Under the pieces are notes generated by a model. That model ran no database searches. It saw only the letters and a program-made list of their open reading frames with translations, and was not told the origin of the DNA. The position numbers were made by a program, and so were the translations under genes. Below, in pieces: positions 7,718 to 14,417 of a DNA stretch of 14,417 bases (the stretch's first letter is position 1; the number at the start of each line of letters is the position of its first letter). Source of the DNA: Elusimicrobiota bacterium (GTDB taxonomy: Bacteria; Elusimicrobiota; Elusimicrobia; Elusimicrobiales; UBA9959); NCBI GenBank assembly GCA_027340875.1, contig DAIENX010000011.1:1-14417 (forward strand), given 5' to 3'.

Positions 7718-9102
7718 CAGCCGTCCTCCTGGCCGGTCTTCTGACGCTGCTGCCGATGTCCCCTGCCGGGGCGGCCGGGCCGGCGCAGCGCTCCGAGCCG
7801 AGCGCGGAGGCCGCGGCCGCGCGCGACAAGCTCGCCTCGAGCCTGTTCTTTAGAGGCGAGCTGGCCGACATGATCGTGGCGGCGGGAGAAGCCGGCCTGT
7901 ACGCAGACCTGGCGGGGATAGAGACCTATTCCGGAGTCAGGGGCGCGCTGATGGACTGGATACGCCGCGATCCGGCGGCCGCGGCCGAGGTGTATTTGCG
8001 GCTGAAAGGCGGCGGAGGGCGACGCCCCCCCGCGCTGGAGGAGACCGCGCAGACGTGGGAACTGAACCCGTCCTTCCTCGAGGCGGTGAAGGAGCTGAGC
8101 TCCGCGGCCGACAGCCCGTACGTTTCCAGGGAGGCGATGGAGATGGCCGCCAGGAGGCTCTACGGCCGCGCGCAGGCCGGCGACGGGGCTCCGGTGCTGG
8201 ACTGGGGAGGTAGTGGCAGTGGCGGGAGGGCAGCGGGGACGCGTTCCGACTTCGCAGATTTCAAGATAGACAAGGCCGGCCTGGCCGCAGAGCTGGGGTC
8301 CATGGGCCAGTGGCTGGAGGCCCTCAAGCCGGCCGCGCGCGACGCCGCCGCCACCGCCGCTTACGAGGCCGCGCTAGCGGCCTACCGCGAATTCTTAGTG
8401 GCCTCTTCCGGGCTTAAGCTGGTGACGGAACAGGGTTCCCGGAGGCTGGAGGAGCTGCGCCGCAGGCTGCGCTCCTCGCTGGCCGCCGCTTCGCTGCTGG
8501 TCCGGGCCGGCGAGCTGAGGGCGGCCGCCACCGCTCTGGAGAAATCCGGCGCGCCGGGCTCCTCGGGAATGAAGGACTCCCTGCTGGGCCTGGCCGCGCG
8601 CCTCGAGGGGACGGCAGCCTCCGCCGGGGCCGAGGATATGGGCGCGCTGGGCAGGCTGGTCAATTCCTCCGAGGACAGGTTCGCCGCGCTCTATCTGGGC
8701 TTCACCGTCTACGACGGTCTGCTGCGGCTCAGGGAGAAGATGCCATCGGCCGGTTTCTCCTGCCTGTACGACTACGCGGTCTACAGCTACCTGGCCGCCT
8801 TCTTCCCGGACTCCCCTTACCCGAAGGCCCGGCGCGAGCTGGCCGCCTACGCGGAGGTTCTCGACGAGGCGCTCACTGCGGCCGGAGCCGGCGCGCCTGA
8901 CAGGGCCCTTTCGCTCGCCGACCCGGCCCGCATCGAGGCCGCGTACGCCGCCGCGCGGCGCGCCTCTTCGCACAACAGGAGGGCGCAGCTGCTGAACTGG
9001 GGCCTGTTCTTCAGGCCGGTGGAGCTGACGGTCTCGGTAAAAGGGGGAAAGGCTTCCTTCAGGCCGGTCTTCGCCATCGCGGAGACGCTTTCCGGCAGGT
9101 AA
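7714..9102 (+). CDS. Hypothetical exported, Ala-rich, predominantly alpha-helical protein
   Basis: Long ORF. ATG 7714 overlaps the cls stop (ATGA); 7708 is an alternative start. Hydrophobic signal-like N-terminus ending AGA-A. Ends just before the terminator. No family recognised. Confidence 0.75.
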   Translation: MTAVLLAGLLTLLPMSPAGAAGPAQRSEPSAEAAAARDKLASSLFFRGELADMIVAAGEAGLYADLAGIETYSGVRGALMDWIRRDPAAAAEVYLRLKGGGGRRPPALEETAQTWELNPSFLEAVKELSSAADSPYVSREAMEMAARRLYGRAQAGDGAPVLDWGGSGSGGRAAGTRSDFADFKIDKAGLAAELGSMGQWLEALKPAARDAAATAAYEAALAAYREFLVASSGLKLVTEQGSRRLEELRRRLRSSLAAASLLVRAGELRAAATALEKSGAPGSSGMKDSLLGLAARLEGTAASAGAEDMGALGRLVNSSEDRFAALYLGFTVYDGLLRLREKMPSAGFSCLYDYAVYSYLAAFFPDSPYPKARRELAAYAEVLDEALTAAGAGAPDRALSLADPARIEAAYAAARRASSHNRRAQLLNWGLFFRPVELTVSVKGGKASFRPVFAIAETLSGR

Positions 9103-9118
9103 TCTTTTCATGCCGCCG

Positions 9119-9156
9119 CAAAAAAATACCCCCGGATGGCCGGGGGTATTTTTTTG
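9119..9156. terminator. Bidirectional Rho-independent terminator
   Basis: Perfect 17-bp inverted repeat CAAAAAAATACCCCCGG-ATGG-CCGGGGGTATTTTTTTG with A7/T7 tracts, between two convergent stop codons (9102 and 9170). Confidence 0.95.
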
Positions 9157-9169
9157 AGACCGCCGTCTT

Positions 9170-11872
<2,703 letters not shown>

Positions 11873-11922
11873 TTTATCTCCTGAGTATCGGAGCCAGCCT
11901 TCCGGGCCCCCCGCCCAGCCGA

Positions 11923-11951
11923 TTGACTTTGACCTTGCGATATTGAATAAT
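11923..11951 (+). promoter_or_regulatory. Possible sigma70 promoter for the TPR gene, within the divergent acnA/TPR control region
   Basis: TTGACT (11923-11928), 17-nt spacer, AATAAT (11946-11951) in an AT-rich patch. The same patch reads TATTAT on the minus strand and could instead serve acnA. Confidence 0.35.
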
Positions 11952-12100
11952 AACTTGCCTGAAGCTGCCGGGGAGAACGCGCGGGGCCAGCACTGTAAGT
12001 CCTTAGATATCCCGGATTCTTTATCCCGCCGCCGCCAGACTCAACGCTAGTTTAACATATTCCGGGAAAGGCAGTCCAAGCCGGCCCCCAGGAGAAAAAA

Positions 12101-12778
12101 GTGACCTCATTCCCCGAATTCAGCGACAAGATGATCTCGCATATACCCGCCGGGAACAGGAAGTTCCGCGCGATGGCGGGCCCGATCCTCAAGCGCCTTA
12201 AGCTCAACCCGCGCAACTTCTGGGCCTGGGACAATCTGGCCAACCTTTACTTCAGCGAAGGCCTGGTCGAGCAGTCCATAGAGATATACCGCAGGGCCCT
12301 GAAGATAAAGCCAAGCCTGCCGATAGTGCACATGCGCATAGGCATAGCCTACTACCGCCTGGCGATGCTCGACGAGGCTATCAAGGAGCTGAAGGCCGCC
12401 GTTAAGCTGAATTCGGGGCTGGCCATGGCGCATTACTACCTGGGTTTCGCGTATTATCACAAGGGGGATTCCGATAAGTCCCTTGGCCATTTCAGGAAGG
12501 TGCAGGAGCACAGTCCGGAGACCCGCATCGTCTTCTACCACATGGCCGAGGACTACCTGCAGAACGGCCGTTTCGGAGAGGCGGCCGAGGTGCTCGAGAA
12601 GCTGCTGAAGGGTTCTTCCTCCTCCGCCACCGCCTGGTACAAGCTGGGGCAGGCTTATTTCGGCCTGTACAAGCACAAGGAAGCCGCCCACGCCTTCCGG
12701 GAAGCCCTCAAGATCAATCCCCGCGACACGCGCTCGGAGAACATGCTCGAGCTGATAGTGGACGCGCCCCGCATCTAG
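12101..12778 (+). CDS. Tetratricopeptide repeat protein (about 5-6 TPRs, no signal peptide)
   Basis: GTG start with RBS AGGAG at 12090-12094. Repeated TPR consensus units: AWDNLANLY..G...SIEIYRRALKIKP; AHYYLGFAYYHKG; AWYKLGQAY....EAAHAFREALKINP. Confidence 0.9.
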   Translation: MTSFPEFSDKMISHIPAGNRKFRAMAGPILKRLKLNPRNFWAWDNLANLYFSEGLVEQSIEIYRRALKIKPSLPIVHMRIGIAYYRLAMLDEAIKELKAAVKLNSGLAMAHYYLGFAYYHKGDSDKSLGHFRKVQEHSPETRIVFYHMAEDYLQNGRFGEAAEVLEKLLKGSSSSATAWYKLGQAYFGLYKHKEAAHAFREALKINPRDTRSENMLELIVDAPRI

Positions 12779-12833
12779 CGACCGGCCGTCATATTCCGTC
12801 GTGAGCCAGCCCGGGGGCCGGCGCCTCCTTTGC

Positions 12834-12863
12834 TTGACTTATTAATTTTATAATTCCTATAAT
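12834..12863 (+). promoter_or_regulatory. Sigma70-type promoter of the nuo operon
   Basis: TTGACT (12834-12839), 18-nt spacer, TATAAT (12858-12863) in a strongly AT-rich island. A second TATAAT lies at 12849-12854. Confidence 0.75.
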
Positions 12864-12952
12864 AAAATCCGTCGTTTTCGAACCGCGCCTGTCCCGACGG
12901 TAATCGGCCGCGCCTGTTACTACTCTCTCCGCGGCAGGACGGTTCCCTATAA

Positions 12953-13303
12953 ATGAGCTACGGCCCGATACTTGTCCTCTTCACGATAGCAGTCCTGTTC
13001 GCCGGCATGAGCTTGCTGGCCGCCTTCCTGGTCCGTCCCAAGGTCAAGGCCCCTCTTAAGGATTCCGCTTACGAGTGCGGAATGGAGGCGGTCGGCACCA
13101 CGATGGGCCAGACCAATATCCGGTTCTACACTTACGCCCTCCTGTTCGTGATCTTCGACGTGGAAGCCCTGTACCTGTTCCCGTGGGCCGTCGTAGTGCG
13201 CGCGCTCGGGGCCTTCGCGATAGTGGAAATGGCGATCTTCCTGGGCGTGCTGGCCGCCGGCCTCGCCTACGCGTGGAAGATGGGAGCTCTGCAATGGGAA
13301 TAG
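12953..13303 (+). CDS. nuoA: NADH-quinone oxidoreductase subunit A
   Basis: Three TM helices, [30 protein letters not shown] and C-terminal [11 protein letters not shown]. Confidence 0.96.
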   Translation: MSYGPILVLFTIAVLFAGMSLLAAFLVRPKVKAPLKDSAYECGMEAVGTTMGQTNIRFYTYALLFVIFDVEALYLFPWAVVVRALGAFAIVEMAIFLGVLAAGLAYAWKMGALQWE

Positions 13304-13839
13304 TACTCGACGAGCTGTCGAAGCTGGACGCGGTACCGGGCGGCGGCGTGGCCCTGGCGACCTCCGATTACCTCATCAACTGGTCCCGCACCTCCTCGAT
13401 GTGGCCGCTGACCTTCGGCCTCGCCTGTTGCGCGATAGAGATGATGGCCGCCTACGCGGCCCGCTTCGATTTCGAGCGCATGGGCGTCTTCCCCAGGCCC
13501 ACTCCCCGCCAGGCCGACGTGATGTTCGTGGCCGGCACCGTGGTCAAGAAGATGGCCCCGCCGATAGTCCGCATCTACCAACAGATGCTGGAGCCCAAGT
13601 TCGTGATAGCCATGGGCGGCTGCGCCAACTGCGGCGGCCCGTTCTACGATTCCTATTCTGTGGTGACCGGAGTGGACAAGATCATCCCGGTCGACGTCTA
13701 CCTGCCCGGCTGCCCGCCGCGCCCCGAGGCGCTGATGTACGCGGTCATCAAGCTGCAGGAGAAGATCCGGAAGATGAAGCTGAAGGACGGCATGGGCGCC
13801 ACCAAGCTCCAGCAGACCGGCGCCCGGACGCTCGGCTAA
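13294..13839 (+). CDS. nuoB: NADH-quinone oxidoreductase subunit B
   Basis: Start at ATG 13294 (RBS GGGAG 13282-13286), not 13075. Motifs: [38 protein letters not shown] and [15 protein letters not shown] (N2 cluster ligands). Confidence 0.96.
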   Translation: MGIVLDELSKLDAVPGGGVALATSDYLINWSRTSSMWPLTFGLACCAIEMMAAYAARFDFERMGVFPRPTPRQADVMFVAGTVVKKMAPPIVRIYQQMLEPKFVIAMGGCANCGGPFYDSYSVVTGVDKIIPVDVYLPGCPPRPEALMYAVIKLQEKIRKMKLKDGMGATKLQQTGARTLG

Positions 13840-13848
13840 GGCAACGCG

Positions 13849-14340
13849 ATGACAGCTGACGAAATACTGGCGAAACTGCAGCATTCCTTCCCCGGCCTCG
13901 AGAAGGCCGCGGACCCCGTGAAGAACTATCCCACCTGGACCGTACCCGCCAAGCTGGTGCGGCAGGTCGGCGAGCGCCTGCGCTCCGAGTTCTCCTTCGA
14001 CTACCTGGACGTGCTGACCGCCAACGACTGGCCCGCGGTCCCGGCCGCCGGGGAGACCCCCGCCAAGGAGGGCTCTTTCGAGGTGGTCTATATCGTTTCC
14101 GCCCTGGAAGCCGGCCACAGGGTCTGCCTGCGCGCCTCCGTGCCGCGCGCCGACAGCGCCTCCCTCCCCAGCCTCTACGGCATCTTCATGGCCGCGGACT
14201 GGCAGGAGCGCGAGGTCTACGACATGTACGGCATACATTTCGAGGGACACCCGAACCTCAAGCGGATCCTGACCCACGACCAGATCAAGGGCTTCCCGCT
14301 GCGGAAAGACTACAAGCATACCCCGGACAGCTACGATTAA
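13849..14340 (+). CDS. nuoC: NADH-quinone oxidoreductase subunit C
   Basis: [26 protein letters not shown]...GFPLRKDY signature. Follows nuoB. Confidence 0.95.
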   Translation: MTADEILAKLQHSFPGLEKAADPVKNYPTWTVPAKLVRQVGERLRSEFSFDYLDVLTANDWPAVPAAGETPAKEGSFEVVYIVSALEAGHRVCLRASVPRADSASLPSLYGIFMAADWQEREVYDMYGIHFEGHPNLKRILTHDQIKGFPLRKDYKHTPDSYD

Positions 14341-14341
14341 G

Positions 14342-14417
14342 ATGACAACCGCCGAGACGACGGCCCTCAAGGCCGACCAGATGTTCATTAACTTCGGGCC
14401 CCAGCACCCGAGCACCC
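14342..14417 (+). CDS. nuoD: NADH-quinone oxidoreductase subunit D, N-terminal fragment (runs off the window)
   Basis: ATG 14342 reads MTTAETTALKADQMFINFGPQHPST, matching the NuoD NxGPQHPSTHG motif. Starts 1 nt after the nuoC stop. Confidence 0.92.
   Translation, partial: MTTAETTALKADQMFINFGPQHPST

Noticed and set aside
11887..12000. IRE-like or other regulatory hairpin upstream of acnA
   Set aside because: Only short GC-rich pairings (ATCGG/CCGAT). The single CAGTG on the minus strand is not in a stem-loop.
12007..12067. Imperfect repeat ATATYCCGG and inverted pair TCCCGGA/TCCGGGA about 50 nt apart
   Set aside because: Too short and too widely spaced to exceed chance without comparative data.
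12101..12778. TPR protein as a PilF/PilW pilotin for PilQ
   Set aside because: No signal peptide or lipobox, and no transcriptional link to the pil operon.
13075..13293. 73-aa N-terminal extension of NuoB
   Set aside because: It overlaps nuoA out of frame. ATG 13294 has an RBS and gives a normal-length NuoB.
13267..14415. 382-aa minus-strand ORF opposite nuoBCD
   Set aside because: Antisense shadow of conserved nuo genes, with no independent coding evidence.
12953..14417. Group 4 membrane-bound hydrogenase instead of complex I
   Set aside because: NuoA is present, NuoB has the adjacent CC motif (ACCAIE), and the next gene begins with GPQHPST. All three indicate complex I. Presence of nuoEFG cannot be judged from this window.

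Overview
GC-rich bacterial chromosomal segment with five parts. (1) The end of a type IV pilus assembly operon, pilM(partial)-pilN-pilO-pilP-pilQ, closed by an intrinsic terminator. (2) A four-gene unit joined by overlaps: two tandem Wzy_C/O-antigen-ligase-family membrane proteins with TPR-like tails (candidate protein O-oligosaccharyltransferases), a ClsB-like phospholipase D/cardiolipin synthase, and an unknown exported helical protein, ending at a perfect bidirectional terminator. (3) A convergent aconitase A gene whose normally invariant active-site Glu (NMxPEYGAT) is Ala. (4) A divergently transcribed TPR-only protein. (5) The start of a complex I operon, nuoA-B-C-D(partial), with a near-consensus sigma70 promoter and a potentially structured 5' leader. 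I see no mobile elements, CRISPR arrays, tRNAs or rRNAs. The best leads are the ligase-ligase-PLD-unknown unit next to the pil genes, the altered aconitase and the nuoA leader. Gene style tentatively suggests Elusimicrobiota, but this is unverified.
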